A stretch of 64,000 bases of DNA from Naegleria gruberi (Eukaryota), in the NCBI GenBank assembly GCA_000004985.1, contig GG738860.1. One strand, 5' to 3'. The notes below the pieces were generated by a model that saw nothing but the letters and a program-made list of their open reading frames with translations, was not told the DNA's origin and searched no databases. Shown here one piece after another: positions 21,328 to 31,299 of the stretch. A program made the translations under genes and the position numbers. Within the stretch, counting starts at the first letter, position 1; every line of letters starts with the position of its first letter.

Positions 21328-22811
21328 NNNNNNNNNNNNNNNNNNNNNNNNNNNNNNNNNNNNNNNNNNNNNNNNNNNNNNNNNNNNNNNNNNNNNNNNN
21401 NNNNNNNNNNNNNNNNNNNNNNNNNNNNNNNNNNNNNNNNNNNNNNNNNNNNNNNNNNNNNNNNNNNNNNNNNNNNNNNNNNNNNNNNNNNNNNNNNNNN
21501 NNNNNNNNNNNNNNNNNNNNNNNNNNNNNNNNNNNNNNNNNNNNNNNNNNNNNNNNNNNNNNNNNNNNNNNNNNNNNNNNNNNNNNNNNNNNNNNNNNNN
21601 NNNNNNNNNNNNNNNNNNNNNNNNNNNNNNNNNNNNNNNNNNNNNNNNNNNNNNNNNNNNNNNNNNNNNNNNNNNNNNNNNNNNNNNNNNNNNNNNNNNN
21701 NNNNNNNNNNNNNNNNNNNNNNNNNNNNNNNNNNNNNNNNNNNNNNNNNNNNNNNNNNNNNNNNNNNNNNNNNNNNNNNNNNNNNNNNNNNNNNNNNNNN
21801 NNNNNNNNNNNNNNNNNNNNNNNNNNNNNNNNNNNNNNNNNNNNNNNNNNNNNNNNNNNNNNNNNNNNNNNNNNNNNNNNNNNNNNNNNNNNNNNNNNNN
21901 NNNNNNNNNNNNNNNNNNNNNNNNNNNNNNNNNNNNNNNNNNNNNNNNNNNNNNNNNNNNNNNNNNNNNNNNNNNNNNNNNNNNNNNNNNNNNNNNNNNN
22001 NNNNNNNNNNNNNNNNNNNNNNNNNNNNNNNNNNNNNNNNNNNNNNNNNNNNNNNNNNNNNNNNNNNNNNNNNNNNNNNNNNNNNNNNNNNNNNNNNNNN
22101 NNNNNNNNNNNNNNNNNNNNNNNNNNNNNNNNNNNNNNNNNNNNNNNNNNNNNNNNNNNNNNNNNNNNNNNNNNNNNNNNNNNNNNNNNNNNNNNNNNNN
22201 NNNNNNNNNNNNNNNNNNNNNNNNNNNNNNNNNNNNNNNNNNNNNNNNNNNNNNNNNNNNNNNNNNNNNNNNNNNNNNNNNNNNNNNNNNNNNNNNNNNN
22301 NNNNNNNNNNNNNNNNNNNNNNNNNNNNNNNNNNNNNNNNNNNNNNNNNNNNNNNNNNNNNNNNNNNNNNNNNNNNNNNNNNNNNNNNNNNNNNNNNNNN
22401 NNNNNNNNNNNNNNNNNNNNNNNNNNNNNNNNNNNNNNNNNNNNNNNNNNNNNNNNNNNNNNNNNNNNNNNNNNNNNNNNNNNNNNNNNNNNNNNNNNNN
22501 NNNNNNNNNNNNNNNNNNNNNNNNNNNNNNNNNNNNNNNNNNNNNNNNNNNNNNNNNNNNNNNNNNNNNNNNNNNNNNNNNNNNNNNNNNNNNNNNNNNN
22601 NNNNNNNNNNNNNNNNNNNNNNNNNNNNNNNNNNNNNNNNNNNNNNNNNNNNNNNNNNNNNNNNNNNNNNNNNNNNNNNNNNNNNNNNNNNNNNNNNNNN
22701 NNNNNNNNNNNNNNNNNNNNNNNNNNNNNNNNNNNNNNNNNNNNNNNNNNNNNNNNNNNNNNNNNNNNNNNNNNNNNNNNNNNNNNNNNNNNNNNNNNNN
22801 NNNNNNNNNNN
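21328..22811. other. Assembly gap (1,484 N).
   Basis: Uninterrupted run of n characters. Confidence 0.99.
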
Positions 22812-23584
22812 ATTTAATTAACAATATGGAAATTAAATATTTAGGATTAAAAAATGAAATTTTTATTTCAATTTTATCACCAACAATTGTGTGGTATGAT
22901 TACTTTGTTTCAAATTATTGTAAAATTTATCCATTAAAAGATTATAAATTAATTTTATTATTAATTATTAAATTATTTATTGATAATTTAAATGGATTAA
23001 AATTATTACATGAATTAAATATTTCACATATTGATTTTAACATTTTAAATTCTAACATAATATTAAATAATTGTTCTGATTTAATTAGTAAATATTTAAA
23101 AGAAAATAATTTACCAACATTTAATATGGTATTAATTGATTTTAATAGTTCAAAATTAGAAAGTCAATTATTATTTACAAATGAATACATTCCAAAAACA
23201 ACACATTATCCTCCTGATTATAAATTATATTATGATAATATAAAACCAAATATATCATTTACAAAAGCACATGATATTTATTCATTATCTATTGTAATGA
23301 TTCAATATATTAACATTTTGATTAATTGTTATGGGAATAATTGCTTTCAAATGAAATCAAATACTATTAGATATATAAATCAATCACATAGAAACAAAGA
23401 CGAACCATTCAATATTGATTTTAATATTTTAAATTTTAATATTTTAAATAGTTTTGAAAAGGAAATTTTTAATGAATTATTTGAAATGATAAGAGAAATG
23501 AATTTAAACCCTTGGAAAATTATTAATGAAAAAGATTATTGTTTACAACAATTAGAAAAATTACAAAATAATGTATTGAATTAG
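22812..23584 (+). CDS. 3' fragment encoding a degenerate protein-kinase-like (pseudokinase-like) C-terminal region. It is about 85% AT.
   Basis: LHELNISHIDFNILNSNIIL corresponds to HRDLKPxN with the catalytic loop degraded. VLIDFNSS corresponds to DFG changed to DFN. HDIYSLSIVMIQYI corresponds to DxWSxG. NPWKII corresponds to HPW. It ends with TAG at 23582-23584. Continuity with the 5' part across the gap cannot be shown. Confidence 0.45.
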
Positions 23585-24023
23585 AATATTTCTGATACAT
23601 CTTCTTCATCACCTATAATTAATAGTGAAATGAAAAATTCACATCAAATGAAACAATGATATTGTCAAATGATTCTTTTTTCCTCAAATTTAATAGTCTC
23701 CCAATATAATCACTTTTGGCAACTTGTATTCCCTAAATATCATTGTCAATTATAATATTTCATTTCACCACAGAAGAGATTTTCTAAAAAATCAATTTTC
23801 TCATCAATTAAATTCCTAATTGTTCAATTTTTACGATATGTTTCCGATAAAATTGAAGAATTTGTTTCCAATAGAATGTATCTATTGCGATACGATTGTA
23901 AGTTGATTTGTTGATCAATAAAATGTTTCGAATATGTTTTAATTAGAGGTAATTAAAGGAAATATTTCGGTTTGTAATCCTGAGGAAAACTAAAAGTTTC
24001 TTATAAATATTGGAAATCAAAAA

Positions 24024-26735
24024 ATGAAAAGAAAACCAATCACGTCATCCTCTGCCAGCAAGAAGGCGAAAACTACCAATACAGAACAGCAACCAATAAT
24101 CATTTCATCACAAGATTCGAATAATGAAGAATCGAACAATGATCAATATTATGATCCGGATACTATCTTTCTATTAGATTCCAATGGTGAGTTTGTGATA
24201 ATCCCCGATGACCAAGAACCAATTTCATCAGAAGAAACAGAAGAAACTAATTTATTAGTTTCATCATCGCAATCACCACCTTTTGATTATTCGATTTATA
24301 CTAGTATCGATCAATTTCTAATAATTCCCACACACAACTTGATAAAGGAAATTCCACACGAAATTATCGCAAATTGGATGTTCTACATGGACAAACAAAC
24401 TCTTTTCAATTTCATTAGAGTTTCTCGAGAAGTTTACAATATATTTGATGAAATTTATGCAGAGAGTGTGGAAAGATTGAGATTGGAAATTTTAAATAAC
24501 AAGAGAAAGAGTAGTGATTTGAATCGATTATTGGATTTGTTTTCGAATGAAAGTCGAGAGAGAAGTGGTGAGAAAGTTATGCTGACCTATGATGACTATT
24601 TCAGAATGAGAAGTTTTACACCGTGGCCTTTGAGTTATTTTCATGATAGGACTCGGTTTGAGAGTGTTGTGAATGAAAATGATCCTCAAATTAAAGTTAT
24701 TAATGAAAAGGCAGATGAACAGATGGCACGTCTATTAGAAATGAATAATGAACAAATGAACAAAGAAACTGCTCAATATGAAAAGGTATTGCCATATGGA
24801 GTTTTTCCAAGAAAAGACATTTACTATTTGACTTTTAATCAATTGGTAAAGAGAAAGTGTGTCAAAAATCTGAAAGAAGACTTGTACATGTATACAGATC
24901 AAGCATATAAAATTGAAAGAGTGATAACAAGTGATTTATATGCAAATGAGGAGAAGAAATATAGTGTGGATTATCATACATATGTGGATAAACACAGTCA
25001 TCCAACAACTGTATATATTGAGAGAATTGTTCGGTTTTTCAAACATCCAAATGAAATGACATTCTCTGACTTTGATAATAGATTCAAGAATAATTTTCTT
25101 AGTGAACTAGCAAGAATATTAGTATATGATTGTGTATTTGAATATAACAAATCAACCAAGACAAGAGAAAGATTTGTTGTATCTGGTGGATCACTGCTTC
25201 ACACTCTTACTGGATGTGGCTGTCAAGATATTGACATTTTTATTATCAATAATCAAGAACCCGATGAAATTGTCAATCAAGCAATCAAACAGGTTTTATT
25301 GAAATTTGAAGAAAAAACCTCAAACTTTACCTATAATATAATGGGTTCAAAAACTACTATTAATATTTGTGAAGAAAGACCTAAAATGAGTATTGCAAAT
25401 GGTTATAGAGTTGAGACCAATCAGAATATTCAGATTGTTCTTTTGAGATATGATTCCATTGAAGAGTTATTACTATTCTTTGATTTGGATTGCTGTAAAT
25501 TGGCATTTGATGGAATTAGAGTTTACACAGTATTGGAATGTTTGAGATCTTTAAAATATAAGATTAACTTTCTTCCAAAACGGACAGGAAATACAGAAAT
25601 CAACAGAGCTAGGGCTTTAAAATACGGTTTTAGAGGTTTTTTTACTTTCACACTCGATACAGATCATCCTCTCTCTCATGCCATGCATTGTGACTTTGTT
25701 GTTGAGAAGCTCAGAAAAAAGATAACAACAGAATACAAAGAGACCCGAATTGATGATATTTACAATGGTAGACGAAATCCTACGACTCAGTTCTTTGTGC
25801 AACCAAAAGATTTTAGCTTTGCAGCACCTATGAAGGAATCGTCAGATCTCGATGAATCAAATTACCTCTATCCATTGATATTGAGAAATGTGGATTATCA
25901 TTTTGTTGATTTGTGTAAATCTATTGGACTCGGTGCTGCATTGTGGAAATTGAAAAAAAACATTTCGAGAGAACGTTCTTGTTACATATTTGATTTCCTT
26001 CTCGATGGAGATACTAAAAGCAAGGCCCTATTCACTTCTGAATTGAAATTAGAAAATTCTGAAAGAAAGGGTGGTTCTGAAATGTTAGAAAAGCTAATTT
26101 CATTAGATGGCTACACATTCTTAGATAGACCTTCTGAACTTTTCAAAAACCTGCAACAAGATTATAATCTCGTCAAAAACAAGTATTCATACTCTCACCT
26201 AGTTCAGAAATATAATATTGTGAATTGTGCCAAATGTTCCAACTATATTTATTCAACACAAATTGCATCTCAATTGAGGTTAAAGAAGAGACAACATGAC
26301 TCGTCCATTGAAATTCCAAAATTTGACACAATTAACGAAAATAATTTCAATCCAGAAATTCATTTCTGTTGTGATTCCTGTTTAAGGAAGGTGAATGGCA
26401 TGATAAAGTTTAGAGCTTTTATCCAATCAACAAGTTATGGAGTTTCTGGAGCTGAAAAAGGAATTGTAACTCTGTTAGTGGAACAAGATCAGAATTCAGG
26501 AATTTCAAAGAGGAAAATCTTTATATATTTGGAAGGGGCTTATGGACTGGAAGAATTGCAAATTGCATTTTATTCCTTACTGAATTATAGGAAATATATT
26601 GAGTACATTTCAGTGGATGATGAAATTCATGTAAAATTGGCAAACACAACAATTGTTTCGTCTGACTATGAAGTTCTCTATCCTCCAAAAACTTACCCTC
26701 CAAAATTTGATTGGATGTTCAATGGATCAATGTGA
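24024..26735 (+). CDS. 903-aa protein with an N-terminal F-box-like motif, a nucleotidyltransferase-fold (GS…DxD…D) core and a C-terminal Cys-cluster.
   Basis: F-box-like: IPHEIIANWMFYMDKQTLFNFIRVSREVYNIF. NTase signature: VVSGGSLLHTLTGCGCQDIDIFII (hG[GS]-x11-DhDh), with a downstream third acidic residue in LLLFFDLDCCKLAF. Cys motif: CAKCSNYIYSTQ…HFCCDSCLRKV. Real ATG. Confidence 0.55.
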   Translation: MKRKPITSSSASKKAKTTNTEQQPIIISSQDSNNEESNNDQYYDPDTIFLLDSNGEFVIIPDDQEPISSEETEETNLLVSSSQSPPFDYSIYTSIDQFLIIPTHNLIKEIPHEIIANWMFYMDKQTLFNFIRVSREVYNIFDEIYAESVERLRLEILNNKRKSSDLNRLLDLFSNESRERSGEKVMLTYDDYFRMRSFTPWPLSYFHDRTRFESVVNENDPQIKVINEKADEQMARLLEMNNEQMNKETAQYEKVLPYGVFPRKDIYYLTFNQLVKRKCVKNLKEDLYMYTDQAYKIERVITSDLYANEEKKYSVDYHTYVDKHSHPTTVYIERIVRFFKHPNEMTFSDFDNRFKNNFLSELARILVYDCVFEYNKSTKTRERFVVSGGSLLHTLTGCGCQDIDIFIINNQEPDEIVNQAIKQVLLKFEEKTSNFTYNIMGSKTTINICEERPKMSIANGYRVETNQNIQIVLLRYDSIEELLLFFDLDCCKLAFDGIRVYTVLECLRSLKYKINFLPKRTGNTEINRARALKYGFRGFFTFTLDTDHPLSHAMHCDFVVEKLRKKITTEYKETRIDDIYNGRRNPTTQFFVQPKDFSFAAPMKESSDLDESNYLYPLILRNVDYHFVDLCKSIGLGAALWKLKKNISRERSCYIFDFLLDGDTKSKALFTSELKLENSERKGGSEMLEKLISLDGYTFLDRPSELFKNLQQDYNLVKNKYSYSHLVQKYNIVNCAKCSNYIYSTQIASQLRLKKRQHDSSIEIPKFDTINENNFNPEIHFCCDSCLRKVNGMIKFRAFIQSTSYGVSGAEKGIVTLLVEQDQNSGISKRKIFIYLEGAYGLEELQIAFYSLLNYRKYIEYISVDDEIHVKLANTTIVSSDYEVLYPPKTYPPKFDWMFNGSM

Positions 26736-26979
26736 GCTAGATACAAAAGTATTATTTTGTTTGGATCATTGTCCTTCAGTTTGTAGTGGAATTTAAATAA
26801 ATTTCTGAATTTCTCATACAATTTTTATTAGATAAAGCCCTAATGTTGGAATACCTGAAATGATGAGAGTGTGGAATTCAAATACCAATAATCCACAACA
26901 CTCTTTGGTTTACATAAAAAGTCAAATGAATTCAGAAAGCAAGAGCTGCTCAAACGCAAAACCACAATCTTGATAAATT

Positions 26980-26984
26980 AAAAA
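26980..26984 (-). terminator. Pol III oligo-T terminator (T5) 3' of tRNA-Arg.
   Basis: aaaaa on the plus strand immediately 3' of the tRNA on the minus strand. Confidence 0.35.
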
Positions 26985-26989
26985 CAATT

Positions 26990-27063
26990 TACCGACAATG
27001 GGGCTCGAACCCACGACCCCAGGATTAGAAGTCCTGTGCTCTATCCAACTGAGCTATGACGGC
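26990..27063 (-). tRNA. tRNA-Arg (anticodon UCU), 74 nt.
   Basis: The reverse complement folds as a cloverleaf: GCCGTCA-TA-GCTC-AGTTGGATA-GAGC-A-CAGGA-CTTCTAA-TCCTG-GGGTC-GTGGG-TTCGAGC-CCCAT-TGTCGGT-A. Internal A box TAGCTCAGTTGG and B box GGTTCGAGCCC. One T·T in the acceptor stem. Identical to the copy at 49598..49671. Confidence 0.85.
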
Positions 27064-27532
27064 TACATGTTGAAAATGAAAAATTTCACACAAAACCGTG
27101 ATCAACCTTACACCTAGCATAAAATTTTCCTTAACGAACCCAATCTCCACTAGTAATTTCAGTTCCCTCCCGTGTACTCTAAAGTTTTATTGTCCAATAA
27201 CCACTTCCGACCACTCCCTACCTTATCAAAACATGCATTCTTATTCAATCATCCCTATCACATACCTTCTCCCAATACTTGTTCTAACCATTAATTCAAA
27301 AAAACATTACCTTGCATTCAACAGAATGTGTGTTTAAGAAAATAATTCTAGTAACACCAAGCCAAACACATGCAAATCTTACCAAAAGCATAAAATTAAG
27401 CGCACATTCATAAATTGAAAAATTATTCCGTTGCCTAAAACCGAGCTCAAGGAAAATACCACACAAACACATGTTTGCCAATTGGTAATTCAATGGTTTA
27501 ACACGAAATAAACAACACAACATTTAAACAAA

Positions 27533-29245
27533 ATGGTACTACATGATGCTTCCCCAACAACAACGAGTAGTGCGGTTGACCAACAAATTAAACAATACAG
27601 GTTTAAAATAGAGGCTGTTTTTGACCACAAGGAGGCGAGAGAAATATTTAGGGAATATATGAAGAAGGATTGTCTCAATGAAGGTGAGTTTACTTTTACC
27701 TTTCGAATAATAATTATTGTGTTATTGTGATGGTTTCGAATTATCACCACCAATCAAAATAATCAATTAATTTCAAACACAACTCTCAATTAAAAATTTG
27801 AATAAGAACCCTTGTTATTTTACGAAAGTGTTGAAAAATACTTGAACACCCGATTAGATAAGAATCGATTAGAATTGGCTGCTGATATCACTGAACATTT
27901 CATCACAGTTAGCCAACATGAATTAAACCTCTCCATGTCTATTCGAAATGATATCCTAACCCGATGGGAACAAATCGAAGAAAGAAACAAGAATGTCATT
28001 GATGATGATTTAATTGCCTGTCCAATTGATTTATTCAGCAGAGCTCAGGATGTAATTTTCATCGAGATGAAACAAGATAATTTTTCAAGATTTGTCGATT
28101 CTGATATTTTCAAAAAGTTTCTAATAAGAGAATTGAAGAAGAATGATCATATTTTGGAATCTTTGGGCACGTGTAAATTCAATTCAAGAACTGGCTCTTT
28201 GGGAAGTTTATCATCTGAGGATTTGATGAATAATTTGACACCAGTTTCATCTTCCATTTCATCTTCACCATTACATGCAATTTCACATTCACAACCAAAT
28301 AATTCTAGTTTTTCTGGGAATGTGAATTTAACTCCAAGAAGTTCTCAAGATAGTGAGAGTGATTCACTCGATGAGAAAATTGCAACTTTCTATGAGAAAC
28401 AAAATGATTCGAATGAAAGTTTACTCTTGCCAATTATTGATGATATGAGTCCATATATAACTCCAAAAGATTATGATTTGGGAATGAAACTTGTAAATTC
28501 ATTGAATGATTCGAATATGTGGAAAACTATTGATGAAAAAGTTGGACTCAAGACACTTGTCAGTAATCCTGTTTTTAGTTTTTCTCCAAGAAAGAGTGAA
28601 AGTGGGAAGATAATTGTCTGCAATTCTGGAATTCTCACTGGTAAACCAAGAGATTGGTTGAATTTGTTATTCTCTGATTCTATCAATAAGATGATTCATG
28701 AAAAGATGAAGAAGAGATTCCAAGTTGACTATATCAAAATTAATCCAAAGAATGGAGCTCACTACCCAAACACAATAGTATACACTGAAGCTCAATTTCC
28801 ATTTCCATTGACTAATAGAGATTTCATCTTTTGTAGAAGTGTAATTCCAGATCTTTACAATGAAACTACTGGAGAATATGACAGATATGTCTTTATTCAA
28901 AAACCAACTCAACATCACGAATATCCAGCCAGAAACTCACCAATCAGAGCACTCCACTACATTTTCTACATTGTTGAAAAGAAGACTCAATCCAGTGTTA
29001 AATATTCAGTATTCGAAACTGGAGATCTCTCCGGCAAAATTCCACCAAAGATTGTTTCAAGCTTTTTCAAGACTATTGCTAATGCCATGCACAAGAAAGT
29101 CATCAAAGCATGTGAAAAGATCTATAACGAAGAAATCGTTTCCAAAGATGCTGATGGCGCCCTATCAACCCTCACTGAAATGCTCAAATATTTGGAACAT
29201 GAAAGAGCTAACAAGTCAAACTCAACAATAGCTGAAAAACATTAA
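27533..29245 (+). CDS. RGS-domain and START (StAR-related lipid-transfer) domain fusion protein. Two exons: 27533..27683, then about 27858 (or 27873)..29245.
   Basis: Exon 1 (track ORF 27533..27730) carries the RGS N-terminus FDHKEAREIFREYMKKDCLNE, followed by GTGAGT at 27684. The intron is AT-rich, about 175-190 nt, phase 1. Exon 2 contains the RGS C-terminus (…SQHELNLSMSIRNDIL…AQDVIFIEMKQDNFSRFVDSDIFKKFL). The START part aligns closely with PCTP: TIVYTEAQFPFPLTNRDFIFCR, SPIRALHY, VFETGDLSGKIPPKIVSSFFKTIANAMHKKVIKAC. The exact acceptor was not resolved. Confidence 0.6.
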
Positions 29246-29394
29246 TACTTGTGTAAAATATATTCATCATCATCATGGATTTCAATATCAGAATTTTTGA
29301 GAGTTTCTGATATTTTTGTAAATTCAATAAATTTTTGAAAACAGATTTGAAAACTTTACAAAATTTCTTAGCTGAAAAATCAATAATTAAAAAA

Positions 29395-30429
29395 ATGCAA
29401 ACAAAATTAAATGAATTACCGTTAGAATTGATAAGAGAAGTTCAATGTTACTCTAGTCGTGTTGAATTGATATTTTTGTGGAGTTTTACTTGTCGGAATT
29501 GGAGGCGAATGGTTTGTGAATTGATTTGGGAAGATTACAATGAAGTGATTAAGAAATTTTCCAATAACAGATACGAAATGAATTTCAATGATGATTATGA
29601 AAACTTTCTCTATTCGAAAGAAGGAAGAAAGTTTACTAAATATTTAATTAGAAAGCATGTTTACGAAATGGCTTGTCTCCTATCCGAAGAAGAAGAAATG
29701 ATTGCACAACATTTTGATTCAGTTTCGGAACGATGGATTGATGAACAATTGAAATATTTGAAAAATGTTTTTAATCAATTCTCAGATTTGAAATTAGAAA
29801 AACAAAGTTCAATTGAACTATCCAGATCAACACTATTCGACAATGCTCTTTCCTTCATAGGCTCCTTCTTCTTGCCAAATAATTCTTCAAATGATGTGAA
29901 GGATTTCGATTTCCTTTCAAAAATCCTATTGGAAGGAGAAAGATCGAGTGGAAAGTCATCGTTCCTCTATTGTGCAATGAATAATGGTGAAATTATTCAA
30001 AATTCAATGCCTCCAATTGCCTGTTTTGCTCGGAAAATATTAACAATTGGTCAAGAAAGAGTTAAGATTGAAGTGTGGGAAAGTGGTGGAGAAAGATATC
30101 GGCCTCTGATTGCTGCCAATTATCGAAGAGTTGAATTTATTTTGATATTTGTGGATCCTTTCAAATGGAATTCGAAACAGTCCACTGAATTATTGAGCAA
30201 AATCAAGGAAGATATTGAGAAATATTCATCGAAAAAGATTGAGGTTATCTTTATTACAACAAGGAAAGACATTGAACAAGAGAAACGAAACCTTTCTAAT
30301 GAAAAAGCAGATGAATATGCTTTTGATAATTATTTTGGAGCTCTACATTTCAATATTACAAATAATCAAGCTGAGGAACCAAAAAGAATCATTTGGTATT
30401 GCACATTACTCAAGTATTTACTTTCGTAA
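29395..30429 (+). CDS. F-box plus divergent Ras/Rab-like GTPase domain protein.
   Basis: The real ATG at 29395 gives MQTKLNELPLELIREVQCYSSRVELIFLWSFTCRNWRRMV, a strong F-box. The C-terminus has P-loop LLEGERSSGKSSFLY, a G3 region VKIEVWESGGERYRPL (DTAGQ changed to ESGGE) and G4 FITTRKD (NKxD changed to TRKD). Confidence 0.55.
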   Translation: MQTKLNELPLELIREVQCYSSRVELIFLWSFTCRNWRRMVCELIWEDYNEVIKKFSNNRYEMNFNDDYENFLYSKEGRKFTKYLIRKHVYEMACLLSEEEEMIAQHFDSVSERWIDEQLKYLKNVFNQFSDLKLEKQSSIELSRSTLFDNALSFIGSFFLPNNSSNDVKDFDFLSKILLEGERSSGKSSFLYCAMNNGEIIQNSMPPIACFARKILTIGQERVKIEVWESGGERYRPLIAANYRRVEFILIFVDPFKWNSKQSTELLSKIKEDIEKYSSKKIEVIFITTRKDIEQEKRNLSNEKADEYAFDNYFGALHFNITNNQAEEPKRIIWYCTLLKYLLS

Positions 30430-30498
30430 CAAATTATTGTAAATTCCCTTAACTTGAATTATTTAAAAGTAATATTAAAATATTAAAAATTTATTGAA

Positions 30499-31202
30499 TT
30501 AGTTGATAGCAACAACTTCAACATCGAAAATCAAAACACTGTTAGCTGGAATTTTACCCATAGCCTATTGAGTAATAAATCATAAAAATTGTAATTATAA
30601 ATCAAATCAGTAAAATTATAAAATCAATAACTAACCCTTGATCCATATCCCATTTCACTAGGAATAACCAACTTTCTCTTTTCACCAACACAAGCTCCTC
30701 TGTATTAATAATGTAATTATACGACATTACATGAATTGTTAATCCACACTTTGTTTAACGTCAACTTACTGAAGACCAGCATCCCATCCTTTAATAACAC
30801 TACCTTGTCCAATCTGATTATTATTAAAATAATTAATGATGTCAAGTGGTATCCAATTCATTCCGATAACACGTGTTAAAATATCAAATCATCAATTATA
30901 TTTTGTTTGATCGGAATGTATTATTAAAATATTGATCAATAAATAGATAATATAACACTCATACATACAGTGAAGGAGAATGGTTGATTTCTGCTATAAC
31001 TAGAATCAAATTCAGTACCATCAGTCAAAGTACCTCTGTAGTGAACATCAATTTTATCACCATCCTTGATCTTTCTATCACAATCATTTGGTCTATACTT
31101 GACACCAACTTGCAATCTCTTCAAATCTTCATACTTGGCAAAGGAGGATGAAACACAGAAGGTAACAACCAACAACAAGGCAACAACAAGAGTAAATCTC
31201 AT
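30499..31202 (-). CDS. FKBP2: FKBP-type peptidyl-prolyl isomerase, ER-type (FKBP2-like) with a signal peptide. Four exons: 31202..30969, 30813..30770, 30699..30636 and 30564..30499.
   Basis: Exon 1: [16 protein letters not shown]…[49 protein letters not shown]|GTATGT. Exon 2: [15 protein letters not shown]. Exon 3: [21 protein letters not shown]. Exon 4: [21 protein letters not shown]. Introns are 155, 70 and 71 nt. The 5' splice sites are GTATGT, GTAAGT and GTTAGT. The total of 408 nt is in frame. Confidence 0.75.
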
Positions 31203-31299
31203 TTTTTTTAATTAATTTAAAAAATATTTAATTCTATAGGTATTAAATTTTAAAAGATATTAAATATTAAAAGATCTAACTGTTGCAGACATCACTAGT

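Noticed and set aside
20732-23584. Single 950-aa plus-strand ORF, and a 502-aa minus-strand ORF (21316..22824), running through the N gap.
   Set aside because: The X residues come from translating N. The continuity is an artefact of the gap. The two flanks also differ sharply in base composition.
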